Assembly (NCBI GenBank): GCA_944384525.1
Contig: CALWTR010000046.1
Span: forward strand, 3,868 to 67,867
Direction of reading: 5' to 3'
Length of the DNA stretch: 64,000 nt
Source: an uncultured Clostridia bacterium
GTDB taxonomy: Bacteria > Bacillota > Clostridia > Oscillospirales > CAG-272
Shown here: positions 19,902 through 29,870 of the stretch, in pieces
Layout of the letters: each line of letters begins with the position of its first letter
How positions within the stretch are numbered: position 1 is the stretch's first letter
Program-made: the position numbers and the translations under genes
The notes under the pieces: model-generated
Seen by the model: only the letters and a program-made list of their open reading frames with translations
What the model was told of the DNA's origin: nothing
Databases searched by the model: none

Positions 19902-21572
19902 ATGGAAAGCGTAAGAGATATCATAGACGGTTTTGTGTATGATCACGTCAGAAAGTTTGCAGATATGGTCGATGAGGGCGGGGAGGACACCGTATTCATG
20001 GGTGTGAGGGTCCTGGACGACCGGGATAAGTTCACGCACGGGGCGCTTTGCGAGGCGTGCCTGCGTCTGTATGTGCATTACCTTCAAGAGGGGAAAAATA
20101 ATGATGCCGAGCATGTTTTGGCGTTCATATATAAACTGCTCGATATAATCAAGCGCAACCCCTGCTATACATGGGGAAAAATTGCTATACTCAGGGGACT
20201 GCTCTATGTCAAGGACAAGGGGTTCATAGACAAGATAGACAGAGAGTACATAGAGGTGCTGAAGGAAAAAACCGATTATTCCGATTTCTTTGATCTCAAG
20301 GAAATGAAGCTCATAGGCGGAAAACCGTCAAATTATGTTCAGGTCGCTATGGCCTGTGCCGGAATGCGAGAGAGACTCGGATGGGATGAGGGCGAGGCGA
20401 GCGAAAAGATCAAGGATTGTCTTTTCGGTATAATAAAGGGCTTTTCCTCTAGCGGGTATATGGACGAGGATCCCCCGCATGGCAGATTTGACAGGTATTC
20501 GCTCATCCTGACGAGCGAGCTCTGCGACAACCTTGCAAGGATAGGGAAGACTCCCCCGGATTTCGTGCTGGAAAACCTGAAGAGCGCGGCTTATTCGACG
20601 CTTTTCATGGCAAACAGGCGCGGTGACGGGACCTGCTACGGTCGTAGCCTTTCCGTACACGGAGACCTGGGATGCGGCGAGGTGCTTGCATCGGCGCTCC
20701 GACTCGGCTTAATAGAAGAAAAGGACAAAGATCTTGCTGTAAAATACATCCTCGCCGGTATCAAAAAGACAATAAATTTCTGGTATAACCGTGAAATAGG
20801 AGCGTTTGATATCTGGTATAACGGACGCAGCACCAACTCATATCGGCAGACTCATCGGGTGCTTGAGGTCAATATAGACGTTGCGCTACACCTTTTCGGT
20901 ACGCTTGACAACTTGACTGCCGCGGGGCTTGACAGATATGTTCCTAAAAACGAAATAGCGGAACCGGACAAGTGGGTATGCTCCGAAATATGCTTCTCCG
21001 ACAAGGAGGGAGACCGCAGGTCGACGTTTGTACTCAAGAGAGAAGACAAGATGATAATGCTCCCGCTTATCGGTCAGGGAAAGAACAAACACAGCCCGTA
21101 CCTGCCATTCCCGGCATCCTGCCGCGCACTGGAGGCGCCCCCTGAGTGTGAGGAGCCGTTCCTCACTCCGCTTGCCGTTATAGGCGGGAAAAAACTCATA
21201 CCGAAACAGTTCTATGATCATATAGAATTTGACGTGTCTGACGACAGGGTAGAGATAAATGCCCGCGGCGCACTTGCTACGTTCGATACGTTTTATCCGG
21301 AGCGGACCGACGTTCCTTTTGATGTAAAGTATGTTTTCGACGGCAGAAAAATAACCGTCTCATACTCATTCGGAGCTGAGGCGGAGGACTGCGAGATGAT
21401 GTTCTGTATGCATGAGGAAAAGGTCGGACTCAAGGCTTTCGGATTCAGTGAAGAGTCCGTCTCAGATGAGTTGTGCAATCCTGCATACTTCTGCCCTCAC
21501 GGCCGGACGGAGCGGGTATATCGTTTTTCTGGAGGAAAGGGCTCAAAATTCGGTTACGAGCTTTATATATAA
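19902..21572 (+). CDS. hypothetical protein (556 aa), no family recognised
   Basis: Long ORF. The ATG at 19902 is preceded by GGAGAGGG, so the ORF-track start at 19821 looks like an extension. No signal peptide. Confidence 0.7.
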   Translation: MESVRDIIDGFVYDHVRKFADMVDEGGEDTVFMGVRVLDDRDKFTHGALCEACLRLYVHYLQEGKNNDAEHVLAFIYKLLDIIKRNPCYTWGKIAILRGLLYVKDKGFIDKIDREYIEVLKEKTDYSDFFDLKEMKLIGGKPSNYVQVAMACAGMRERLGWDEGEASEKIKDCLFGIIKGFSSSGYMDEDPPHGRFDRYSLILTSELCDNLARIGKTPPDFVLENLKSAAYSTLFMANRRGDGTCYGRSLSVHGDLGCGEVLASALRLGLIEEKDKDLAVKYILAGIKKTINFWYNREIGAFDIWYNGRSTNSYRQTHRVLEVNIDVALHLFGTLDNLTAAGLDRYVPKNEIAEPDKWVCSEICFSDKEGDRRSTFVLKREDKMIMLPLIGQGKNKHSPYLPFPASCRALEAPPECEEPFLTPLAVIGGKKLIPKQFYDHIEFDVSDDRVEINARGALATFDTFYPERTDVPFDVKYVFDGRKITVSYSFGAEAEDCEMMFCMHEEKVGLKAFGFSEESVSDELCNPAYFCPHGRTERVYRFSGGKGSKFGYELYI

Positions 21573-21594
21573 ACAAAAGTTTACAAAAACAAGA

Positions 21595-21625
21595 AAACGC
21601 CCGGGAATTACCCCGGGCGTTTTTG
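21595..21625. terminator. bidirectional rho-independent terminator
   Basis: Stem CGCCCGGG (21598-21605) / CCCGGGCG (21612-21619), flanked by an A-run and a T-run. It lies between the convergent 19902..21572(+) gene and alaS(-). Confidence 0.8.
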
Positions 21626-21633
21626 TTATGCTT

Positions 21634-24264
21634 TTATATTGAGGCTTTTTTTGAGACGATCTTTTTTGCAAGAGCAAGAGCGTCCGCTATTTTGCTCCGG
21701 TCGCGGCCTCCGCTCATCGCGAAATCCGCTCTTCCGCCGCCTTTACCGCCAGCGACGGCGCTGACCTCACGGAGAAGCTCTCCGGCATGGGCGCCATTTT
21801 TGACTGCCTCGGAGCCGCATACTGAGAGAAAATTGAGTTTGTCGTCAGACACGACCGCAAAGACAGCGACCGCATCAGGGAATCGGCCTTTGATCGCGTC
21901 GCAGAGGTTGCGCGCTTCGTCCGGTTTCATTTCCAGTGTTGCTGATATGAATCTGTAAGGCGTGAGCATTTCCGCAGATGCGATGACCGAGGACAGTTTT
22001 TCCTCTGAAAGCTTGGAGAGCAGAGAGTCGACCTCTCTCTTCATCTCACGCACCTCGGTCTGCACTGCTGCCGCTTTTTTAGCTATATCGTTAGGATTCT
22101 GGGCGCGGAGCTCCTTTGCGGTATCCTCTATCAGCTTATCCTTTTCTCCGAGCAGGGAAAGAACTCCGAGTCCGGTAGTACCCTCAACTCTGCGTATTCC
22201 CGCTGCAACAGAACTTTCGGATATGATCTTGAAAAGTCCGATGTTTCCGGTATTGGAGACGTGCGTTCCGCCGCAAAGCTCAGTCGAAGAAGAACCGATC
22301 TTGACAACGCGGACGATGTCGCCGTATTTTTCTCCGAAAAGAGCCATAGCTCCCATGCTCTTTGCTGTGGCGATGTCTGTCTCGACCGTGGATGCGGCGT
22401 CCGCAGACAATATGTTTTCATTGACGATGCGCTCAGTCCTTTCGATCTCCTCTGGCGTCATGGCGCCGTAATGCGAAAAGTCAAAGCGCACTCTGTGCTC
22501 GTCTACATATGAGCCTGCCTGCTCGACGTGCTTACCGAGCACCTGTCTGAGCGCCGCCTGGAGCAGGTGACATGCGGAGTGGTTGCGCTGTATCGCGGCG
22601 CGCCTTTCACCGTCCACGCTGAGCTCGACTGAGTCTCCGACAGAGATAGTGCCGCCGTTGACGGTCGCATAGTGTATATATATGCCGTTTGTCTTTTTCG
22701 TATCGGTGATGTCGGCTGAGAAATTGTCGGATACAGCAGTGTCGGTGTCTCCGACCTGTCCTCCGCCCTCGCCGTAGAATACGGTCCGGTCAAATATCAG
22801 CGCGCAGTCGCCCTCGCTTATACTGTCCACATTTGTGCCGTCTGAGATTATGGCTTTGACCTTGGCGCTGCATATGAGAGAGTCATAGCCCAGGAAAACC
22901 GTTTTGTCAAGTCCGTCAAAAAGATTTTTCGAGGACTCTGACCAGCCGGATACGTTTCCTCTTGCCGCTCTTGCGCGCTCTCTCTGCTCGTTCATCAGAC
23001 GGGCAAACTCCTCCTCGTCCGTCGCAAGCCCGCGTTCTGCCGCGATCTCACGGGTGATATCGATTGGGAAGCCGAATGTATCATAAAGTCGGAACGCGTC
23101 AGCACCGCTTATTTTCTTTCCGCCGTTTTTCACCGCGGCGTCGCAAAGCTCACCGAGCATTCTGAGCCCGGCATCTATTGTTGTGTTAAAGCGCTCTTCT
23201 TCTATCGAAATAACCTTGAGTATATACTCTTTTTTATCAACTAGCTCGGGGTATGCGGTATAGTTCTCACCTATGACGACCTCACATAGACCCGGGAGAA
23301 AATTATGCGTGATCCCAAGCAACTTTCCGTGACGGCAGGCGCGGCGGAGCAGTCTGCGCAGGACGTATCCGCGTCCCTCGTTTGAGGGAGTCACGCCGTC
23401 GCAGATCATAAAAGTAGCGGAGCGTATGTGGTCTGTTATAACTCGTATAGATACGTCGTCGGACGCATTTTCACCGTATTTTTTACCGGAAATAACGCAT
23501 ACAGTATCGAGTATCTTTCTTACCGTATCGACCTCAAAGAGGTTGTCGACTCCCTGCATGACACAGGCAAGACGCTCGAGCCCCATGCCGGTGTCGATAT
23601 TTTTCTGTTTGAGCTCGGTGTAGTTGCCGTTTCCGTCGTTATTGAACTGCGAAAACACATTGTTCCATATCTCCATGAATCTGTCGCAGTCGCATCCGGG
23701 ACGGCAGTCGGGAGAGCCGCAGCCGTATTTTTCGCCGCGGTCGAAATATATCTCGGAGCAGGGGCCGCATGGACCGGAGCCGTGCTCCCAAAAATTGTCC
23801 TCTTTTCCGAGGCGGATAATTCTCTCTTCAGGCACTCCTATGACGTCGCGCCATATTGCGAAAGCCTCGTCATCCTTTTCGTATACGGACGGCCAGAGGC
23901 GGTCCTTGGGTATTTTGAGCCATACCGTCAGGAATTCCCATGCCCACGGAATAGCCTCAGCCTTGAAATAGTCTCCGAAAGAAAAGTTGCCGAGCATTTC
24001 AAAATAGGTACCGTGTCTTGCCGTATGTCCGACGCGCTCAAGATCAGGCGTGCGTATACATTTTTGGCATGTGCAGACTCTGCGTCTCGGCGGCACTTCC
24101 TCACCGGTGAAAAATTTTTTCATCGGCGCCATGCCGGAATTTATCAGGAGCAGGGACTTGTCCCCGTTCGGCACGAGGGGAAAGCTGGGAAGCCTCAGAT
24201 GACCCTTGCTTTCAAAGAAAGAGAGGAAAAGCTCTCTTAGCTTATTTAAAGATGTCCATTCCAT
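21634..24264 (-). CDS. alaS: alanine--tRNA ligase
   Basis: The start at 24264 (MEWTSLNKLRELFLSFFESKGH, preceded by GGAGGA) is preferred over 24315. Full-length class II AlaRS with editing and C-terminal domains. Confidence 0.96.
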   Translation of the reverse strand: MEWTSLNKLRELFLSFFESKGHLRLPSFPLVPNGDKSLLLINSGMAPMKKFFTGEEVPPRRRVCTCQKCIRTPDLERVGHTARHGTYFEMLGNFSFGDYFKAEAIPWAWEFLTVWLKIPKDRLWPSVYEKDDEAFAIWRDVIGVPEERIIRLGKEDNFWEHGSGPCGPCSEIYFDRGEKYGCGSPDCRPGCDCDRFMEIWNNVFSQFNNDGNGNYTELKQKNIDTGMGLERLACVMQGVDNLFEVDTVRKILDTVCVISGKKYGENASDDVSIRVITDHIRSATFMICDGVTPSNEGRGYVLRRLLRRACRHGKLLGITHNFLPGLCEVVIGENYTAYPELVDKKEYILKVISIEEERFNTTIDAGLRMLGELCDAAVKNGGKKISGADAFRLYDTFGFPIDITREIAAERGLATDEEEFARLMNEQRERARAARGNVSGWSESSKNLFDGLDKTVFLGYDSLICSAKVKAIISDGTNVDSISEGDCALIFDRTVFYGEGGGQVGDTDTAVSDNFSADITDTKKTNGIYIHYATVNGGTISVGDSVELSVDGERRAAIQRNHSACHLLQAALRQVLGKHVEQAGSYVDEHRVRFDFSHYGAMTPEEIERTERIVNENILSADAASTVETDIATAKSMGAMALFGEKYGDIVRVVKIGSSSTELCGGTHVSNTGNIGLFKIISESSVAAGIRRVEGTTGLGVLSLLGEKDKLIEDTAKELRAQNPNDIAKKAAAVQTEVREMKREVDSLLSKLSEEKLSSVIASAEMLTPYRFISATLEMKPDEARNLCDAIKGRFPDAVAVFAVVSDDKLNFLSVCGSEAVKNGAHAGELLREVSAVAGGKGGGRADFAMSGGRDRSKIADALALAKKIVSKKASI

Positions 24265-24371
24265 ATTTGTACGTCCTCCGAAAAACACGCTTTGAATAAT
24301 TATTTCGCATAACAAAAATTATATCATACAGAAAAGGGAAAAGTCAAGCGGAGTCAGCGTTTGAGACGCTG

Positions 24372-27300
24372 TCAGAGAATTATTTTTTTCCCTGAGCACA
24401 GCGAGTATATCGAGCATTCCGAGATCCTCTCTCCGAATATTTTTTCGGCAGCAGCACGATAGTAGATCAATTGCTCCGAATGTCGGGCGAGGATAACGCG
24501 GCGCGCCTCTTCTTCGTCTTCAAGTTCTCTCTGGGACAGCCGGTCGGTCTTATAGTCGATTATGACTAGAGCGCCGTTTCGGTCACGGAAAATACAGTCG
24601 ATGACTCCCTGAACAAGGAGCTCTCTGCCATGTAAAAGCTCTTTGAGGCTTTCGTCTTTTGTGAAGTCCGCGGCAGAGAGCTTGACGTTGAACCGGAATT
24701 CACGGTGTATTTCCGAAGAACTTCTTATCTGTTTGAAAAGGTCGGACCGAGCAAATGTGTTCAGCTCGTCCACCCGCGCTCTTGCGGCGTCTTCTTCCGA
24801 CAAAAAGCCTTTATCAACGAGCCTTTTGAGCTCGCTTTCAACGCCATTCTCAGCAAGCGCGTCAAAGTCGCAGAATTGCATGAAAAGGTGAGTTGCGATC
24901 CCGCGCTTCGCCCCTTCGTCCGACTCTTTTCCGGAAAGGAATGAAGGGAGGAGGTCTTTTCTGCGCTCCGGCTTTTTCAGGACCTCGGATTCATCGTCGG
25001 AACCGTCAAGAACACCGGGGAAAAGTGATGAAACTGAGAGCTTGGCCGGCAGATGACGGAGATATTCTTTCGGATATATGAATCCCAGCCGTTTTTTTAT
25101 TCTGGCGCCGATCAGTTCGATCTGCTCGCGCTCCTCTTCAGGCGACAAATTTTTTGCGGTATTCAAGCCCGTCACGACGGCGGGACTTTCCTCATTTTCT
25201 GCGCATTCGTCGTCTCCGCTGAAAACACGGACACGACGCTCAGGCGCGAGCGCAAGTATGAGTTCAGCAAAGGAAGAGAAATTCATATATGAATATTTTG
25301 ACGGGAAAAGAGTCTTAAGTTCTGCCGCCGCAGAAAGCTTTTCCGGATCTTTTGCGCAGTATACGAGATACAGCCGCTCCCTTGCCCTGGTAAGTGCAAC
25401 ATAGAGTACGCGGAACTCTTCTTCAGTAGCCTCGTCGCGCAATTTGTTTCTTATAGCATTGAATACAGGATTGTTCATTCGTACAAATCCGCTTTCGTCC
25501 GACAGTCTCATGGCGATACCGGTTTTTCCGTCTGTTATCAGGCGGCGGGCGTCCTGTTTCTTGATCATCGGTTTGTTGAGTCCGGCTACAAAGCATACCG
25601 GGTATTCAAGACCCTTGGAGGAGTGGACCGTAGTTATCCTTACGGCATCAGCACCGACATTCTCTCCGCTGTGAAAGTCAATGGTTTTTTTGTTGTTTAT
25701 GACCTCGTTTATATATGCTATAAAGCTGTACAGACCTCTCAGTGAGCTGGCCTCGAAATTTCTCGCGTAGTTATAAAGCATGAGTAATTTTTCCTTGCCG
25801 CCGTTCTCTGCGGCAAGTGATAAAATACCGGTCTTTCGGTATATCCCGGAAATAAGCTTGTATACCGGGATACCCTCCGATAATTCACGGTAACGGGACA
25901 GTTCGGCTATAAATGCGGATCCTTTAGTGTAGGATGGATGTGCGTCTACATATGAACGCAGACTTTCATAAAGTGTGGCGGAACGGTCTTTGCTTTTCCG
26001 GATCTCAAGCAACTCGTCCGGAGTAAAATCAAACAGCGGGGAGAGCATCAGCCCGGCCAGATATACGTCTCTCCGCGGGTTATCGACAGCATTGAGAAAG
26101 CAAAGCATCAGCAGTATTTCGGGGCTGAGGAAAAAGTCCTCGCTTTCCTTGGTAACCGACGGGATCCCGTGCTTTTTGAATATCTCCGCATATTTCAGTG
26201 CACTGCCGTGAGCGCGGCGTATTATGACCGCTATATCAGAATAGTGCAGCGGAGAAGAGTCGTTTTTTACTTCGGAAGATACCAGGCGTTTTATCTCTGC
26301 GGATATAGCCTCAGCCTCCGCCTCCTCATCGGAACCGCTGTCTGCATCTTCGTCTTCATCTCCGGACTTGGGGTTTCGGCGGCACATTATTGTTTCTGGC
26401 AGCCGTGTCATATCTGCCGCCGCAGCCTTTGCAAATATCAGAGCATCCTCCGAGGTATATCCTATACTGTCTCCGCATACGGAAAACAAAGAGTTGAATA
26501 TCTCGTTTGTAAAGTCTATTATGCCCTTATCACACCTGAAATTTTCCGACATGTATACCGACGCGCAGTTCGAACTCTGGCTCTCGGACAGAGGGGGATA
26601 TGACTTTTTCATCCCGGAAAAGACAGACGGATCCGCATTTCTGAATCCGTAGATAGATTGCTTTATATCTCCGACTGCAAATCTGTTGTCCGGACGGCAA
26701 AGTGCGTCGAATATTTTTCCTTGCACCTCATTTATATCCTGATATTCGTCGATGTATATCTCATCATAATCCTCTCTTATGCTGAGGGCAAGGTCTGACG
26801 GACCCTCTCCGTCGGTCAAAAGGTCGGCGCAGTATCTTTCTATATCGGAATATTCTATTATGTTTTTTTTCTTTTTTTCCGCCTTCATCCGCTCGTCAAA
26901 CCGGTGCAGAAAACGAACGAGAGTCCCGAGGTTCGAATACAGACCGGCATAGAGATCTTTCCACTGAGTTTCGGTATATTGTAAATAATCCTTTTCAAAT
27001 TTGAGCATTGCCGCTTTGAAATCGTCCCTCAGTGCCTTAGCGGAAATGCATATGCGTCCTTTTTTGTCCGCGGATATGGACGGATAAGTTGCAAATGAGA
27101 AATTCCTGAGCTTGTCCGAAAAACAGAAAAAACCGTTTTGCAGCGAGGCGCGGAGCTCGTCGGCTTTTTCAAGCTCTTTCCTCAAAAACTTTGCAATGGT
27201 ATCTCCGGCTTCTCCGTCTTCCGGAAGGAGCGATATCATTTTTGTATACGCATTGGAATAGTGCGACAGCATTGATCCGGCTTTGTCAAGTATATATTTG

Positions 27301-27965
27301 CCTGCCGCGGTTTTTTCGACTCCGCTTAGTATATCTCCGTCGGGCGAATATTGATTTCGCAGGGCGTCGAGGGCGGATACTGATCCGGAGAGGCTTTTTG
27401 TCTTATAATATATGTCCAAAAGATGCTTCCCGAGATCGCCGGAATCTCTGATCCCAACAAGTTCATCACAGAATCCGGCAAATTCCTCTCCGGATGCTAT
27501 CTCGGGCTCCAGGCCTTCAAACGTACAGTTTACAAGGCTTTCCATAACACTGTTTTCCAGAACGGCTATCTCTGGTGTATCCGCGATCCGGTAATTCGGA
27601 GACAGACCTGCGGTTGAGGCGTTCGCTTTGAGTATTTCATTGAGAAAACTGTCTATGGTCCTGATCTTTGCACTCGGGAGCAATGCCAGCTGTCTTTCAA
27701 GACGCTTGTTGCCGGGGGAACGACGTACCGCCTCTTCGAGAGCTGTCTCTATCCTTTCGCGCAGTTCATTTGCGGCATCGTTCGTGAATGTAACAATAAG
27801 GAGCCGCGTAATATCCGCCGGAGTTTCAGGATCGGTCACGGACCTGATTATCCTCTCGGTCAGAGTGGCTGTTTTTCCTGCGCCCGCCGCCGCGGATATA
27901 AGCAGAGTTTTTCCGCGGGTATTTATAGCGTCGAGCTGTCGTTCGGTCCATTTTCTCTCCGGCAT
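24372..27965 (-). CDS. addA: AddA-type ATP-dependent helicase/nuclease (UvrD-like helicase plus C-terminal PD-(D/E)XK nuclease)
   Basis: 1197 aa. Walker A AAAGAGKT and UvrD-type motifs, with a C-terminal GVIDCIF...IIDYKTD nuclease motif. Confidence 0.85.
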   Translation of the reverse strand: MPERKWTERQLDAINTRGKTLLISAAAGAGKTATLTERIIRSVTDPETPADITRLLIVTFTNDAANELRERIETALEEAVRRSPGNKRLERQLALLPSAKIRTIDSFLNEILKANASTAGLSPNYRIADTPEIAVLENSVMESLVNCTFEGLEPEIASGEEFAGFCDELVGIRDSGDLGKHLLDIYYKTKSLSGSVSALDALRNQYSPDGDILSGVEKTAAGKYILDKAGSMLSHYSNAYTKMISLLPEDGEAGDTIAKFLRKELEKADELRASLQNGFFCFSDKLRNFSFATYPSISADKKGRICISAKALRDDFKAAMLKFEKDYLQYTETQWKDLYAGLYSNLGTLVRFLHRFDERMKAEKKKKNIIEYSDIERYCADLLTDGEGPSDLALSIREDYDEIYIDEYQDINEVQGKIFDALCRPDNRFAVGDIKQSIYGFRNADPSVFSGMKKSYPPLSESQSSNCASVYMSENFRCDKGIIDFTNEIFNSLFSVCGDSIGYTSEDALIFAKAAAADMTRLPETIMCRRNPKSGDEDEDADSGSDEEAEAEAISAEIKRLVSSEVKNDSSPLHYSDIAVIIRRAHGSALKYAEIFKKHGIPSVTKESEDFFLSPEILLMLCFLNAVDNPRRDVYLAGLMLSPLFDFTPDELLEIRKSKDRSATLYESLRSYVDAHPSYTKGSAFIAELSRYRELSEGIPVYKLISGIYRKTGILSLAAENGGKEKLLMLYNYARNFEASSLRGLYSFIAYINEVINNKKTIDFHSGENVGADAVRITTVHSSKGLEYPVCFVAGLNKPMIKKQDARRLITDGKTGIAMRLSDESGFVRMNNPVFNAIRNKLRDEATEEEFRVLYVALTRARERLYLVYCAKDPEKLSAAAELKTLFPSKYSYMNFSSFAELILALAPERRVRVFSGDDECAENEESPAVVTGLNTAKNLSPEEEREQIELIGARIKKRLGFIYPKEYLRHLPAKLSVSSLFPGVLDGSDDESEVLKKPERRKDLLPSFLSGKESDEGAKRGIATHLFMQFCDFDALAENGVESELKRLVDKGFLSEEDAARARVDELNTFARSDLFKQIRSSSEIHREFRFNVKLSAADFTKDESLKELLHGRELLVQGVIDCIFRDRNGALVIIDYKTDRLSQRELEDEEEARRVILARHSEQLIYYRAAAEKIFGERISECSIYSLCSGKKIIL

Positions 27966-27987
27966 AGCCGCGCCTCCTTTCCATAGA

Positions 27988-28887
27988 TTATTTTATATCA
28001 AATTGTTTTATCGGTTTCACTTTGATCTCTCCGTCTTCATGCGTAACTTCCCCGAGAGCGAAAAAACCGTTTTTATCGCTGAGTCGGAGCCGTTCTCCGC
28101 AGTCGGCTTCAATACCCAGTCTGGAGAGACGCAGAGCCTGTCCGCATTTTGCAAGTCGGGCGTTGAACGGGTCAAGTCTCAGAAGACGGTATTTTTCAAA
28201 CACTCTTTCAACCGGTATAATAAGCGCTGTCCGCTCTTCAGGAGAAAGTCGCTCCAGCTCTTCGGCGGAGTGCGCAGCATCAAGCGTGAATCCTGCGGCC
28301 TCTGTTCTTCTCAGCGCCGCCATTACCGCACCGCAGCCAAGCGTTTTTCCGATATCGGCGCAAAGGGTACGGATATATGTGCCCTTTGAGCAGTGCACAT
28401 CAAGACGGTAATCTGATGAACTCAAACGTTTTGCCGTTAGTGAGTATATCGATACTTCTCTTGCCTCACGCTCGATCGAAACCCCCTTGCGAGCAAGCTC
28501 CATGAGCCGCTTGCCTCCTACACGGATCGCGGAATACATCGGCGGGGTCTGCATATAGCTCCCGATAAAACCGTTTACTGCCGCCATGACCTCGGCTTCA
28601 TCCGGTATAATATCCGAGCGGGACAGTATCTCTCCCGTTACATCCTCCGTATCCGTCGTTATGCCGAGTCGCATCGTTGCAGAGTAATGCTTTTCGGATG
28701 TAAGCATGTATTCGCTGGCTTTTACCGCCCGCCCCAAAAGTATCGGCAAGACCCCTGTGGCCATAGGGTCAAGCGTGCCTGTATGTCCGGCTTTTTCGGC
28801 GCCGAAAAGGCGTTTTACTGCCGTGACCGCTTTCTGCGATGTTACACCGCACGCTTTGTCAAGGATCACTATTCCGCTTACGTTCAT
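27988..28887 (-). CDS. truB: tRNA pseudouridine(55) synthase
   Basis: 299 aa. Contains the GHTGTLDP catalytic motif and a C-terminal PUA-like region. Confidence 0.93.
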   Translation of the reverse strand: MNVSGIVILDKACGVTSQKAVTAVKRLFGAEKAGHTGTLDPMATGVLPILLGRAVKASEYMLTSEKHYSATMRLGITTDTEDVTGEILSRSDIIPDEAEVMAAVNGFIGSYMQTPPMYSAIRVGGKRLMELARKGVSIEREAREVSIYSLTAKRLSSSDYRLDVHCSKGTYIRTLCADIGKTLGCGAVMAALRRTEAAGFTLDAAHSAEELERLSPEERTALIIPVERVFEKYRLLRLDPFNARLAKCGQALRLSRLGIEADCGERLRLSDKNGFFALGEVTHEDGEIKVKPIKQFDIK

Positions 28888-28961
28888 TTAAAACCCCACT
28901 TTAGTATATTGTAAATAAATGTTTTCATAAACAGAGCGGTATGTCTGTTTCTCGTTCAAAA

Positions 28962-29507
28962 CTATTTCCCGGGCATGGATACATCTTTTATTCTGACAGA
29001 GATATATCCGTCCGAAGAATCGCGGATTATCTCGTCAGGGAATCGATCGTCCCCTCTGAATATCATATATACATCCCCTGTTCCATCAGAGAATATAAGA
29101 GTTTTTTCTCCATCCTTTTTTTCTGTACTCTGAAGAGTGAGTCCTTCTGTGGACAGTAAACGCGCGGCGCGGAATGGCGGCGCATTTTCTCCGTTAGGTA
29201 GAGGGAGCTCCTCACCGCTGTCAAGGATAAGTACAAATTTGTTTCCGGTCTTTTTCATAATGACTCCTCCGGCTTCGGAGGGGTCTGTAAATTTTACAGT
29301 AACGTCGCGCTCCTCCCAGCTGCCCTCGCCTAAGACCACGGTTATTTCTTCGGTCGTTCCGTCGCAGTTGTATTCAAGTTTGATCACACCGCCGTCAAAT
29401 TCCGGAACGGCGCCGGCAGTTGAAGTGCAGGAAGCTGCGGATATGACGAAAGTCAGAAGCATGGCGGCATACGCGGCCGCTCGGGCGGCTTTAAGAATTT
29501 TTTTCAT
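28962..29507 (-). CDS. hypothetical lipoprotein
   Basis: A start at 29507 gives MKKILKAARAAAYAAMLLTFVISAASC-TS (signal peptide plus lipobox). The ORF-track start at 29630 adds an implausible extension. Confidence 0.6.
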   Translation of the reverse strand: MKKILKAARAAAYAAMLLTFVISAASCTSTAGAVPEFDGGVIKLEYNCDGTTEEITVVLGEGSWEERDVTVKFTDPSEAGGVIMKKTGNKFVLILDSGEELPLPNGENAPPFRAARLLSTEGLTLQSTEKKDGEKTLIFSDGTGDVYMIFRGDDRFPDEIIRDSSDGYISVRIKDVSMPGK

Positions 29508-29745
29508 GGATGTTGCGCTCCTTGCAAAAATATTCGCGCCGGGATCGCATCCTTTTTGACGCATCGTCCGGTCGCGATAATATAAATATATGAGGAGCGC
29601 AGACAAAAAAATTCCGTACGATATACGCATATTTTACCACACTTGCTCATATATTTCAATTAAATTATCGCAAAAAGAGCCATATATCCCGGAAGTTCCG
29701 CTGATTTTTGTATAATAAGACAGCATATGCGCTGCGGCGAATTTA

Positions 29746-29793
29746 TTCGTCAAGCCGTCTGCGACACATTTCGCATGCTGCGGTATTTATAAT
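29746..29793 (+). promoter_or_regulatory. possible Spo0A-box-like sites and -10 element upstream of spoIIE
   Basis: TTCGTCA (29746-29752) and TGCGACA (29760-29766) each differ by 1 nt from TTCGACA. TATAAT lies at 29788-29793. Confidence 0.3.
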
Positions 29794-29870
29794 ATTCAAT
29801 AAGGAAGAGCGCGGAGGCGCTTTTGCCATAACGGATAAGGGAGGCCGCTTTCTGGCGGGCACTTAAGATC

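Noticed and set aside
24265-24371. Possible T-box leader upstream of alaS.
   Set aside because: Only 107 nt separate the alaS start from the addA stop, which is too short for a T-box (about 200 nt or more). I saw no T-box sequence or terminator/antiterminator pair.
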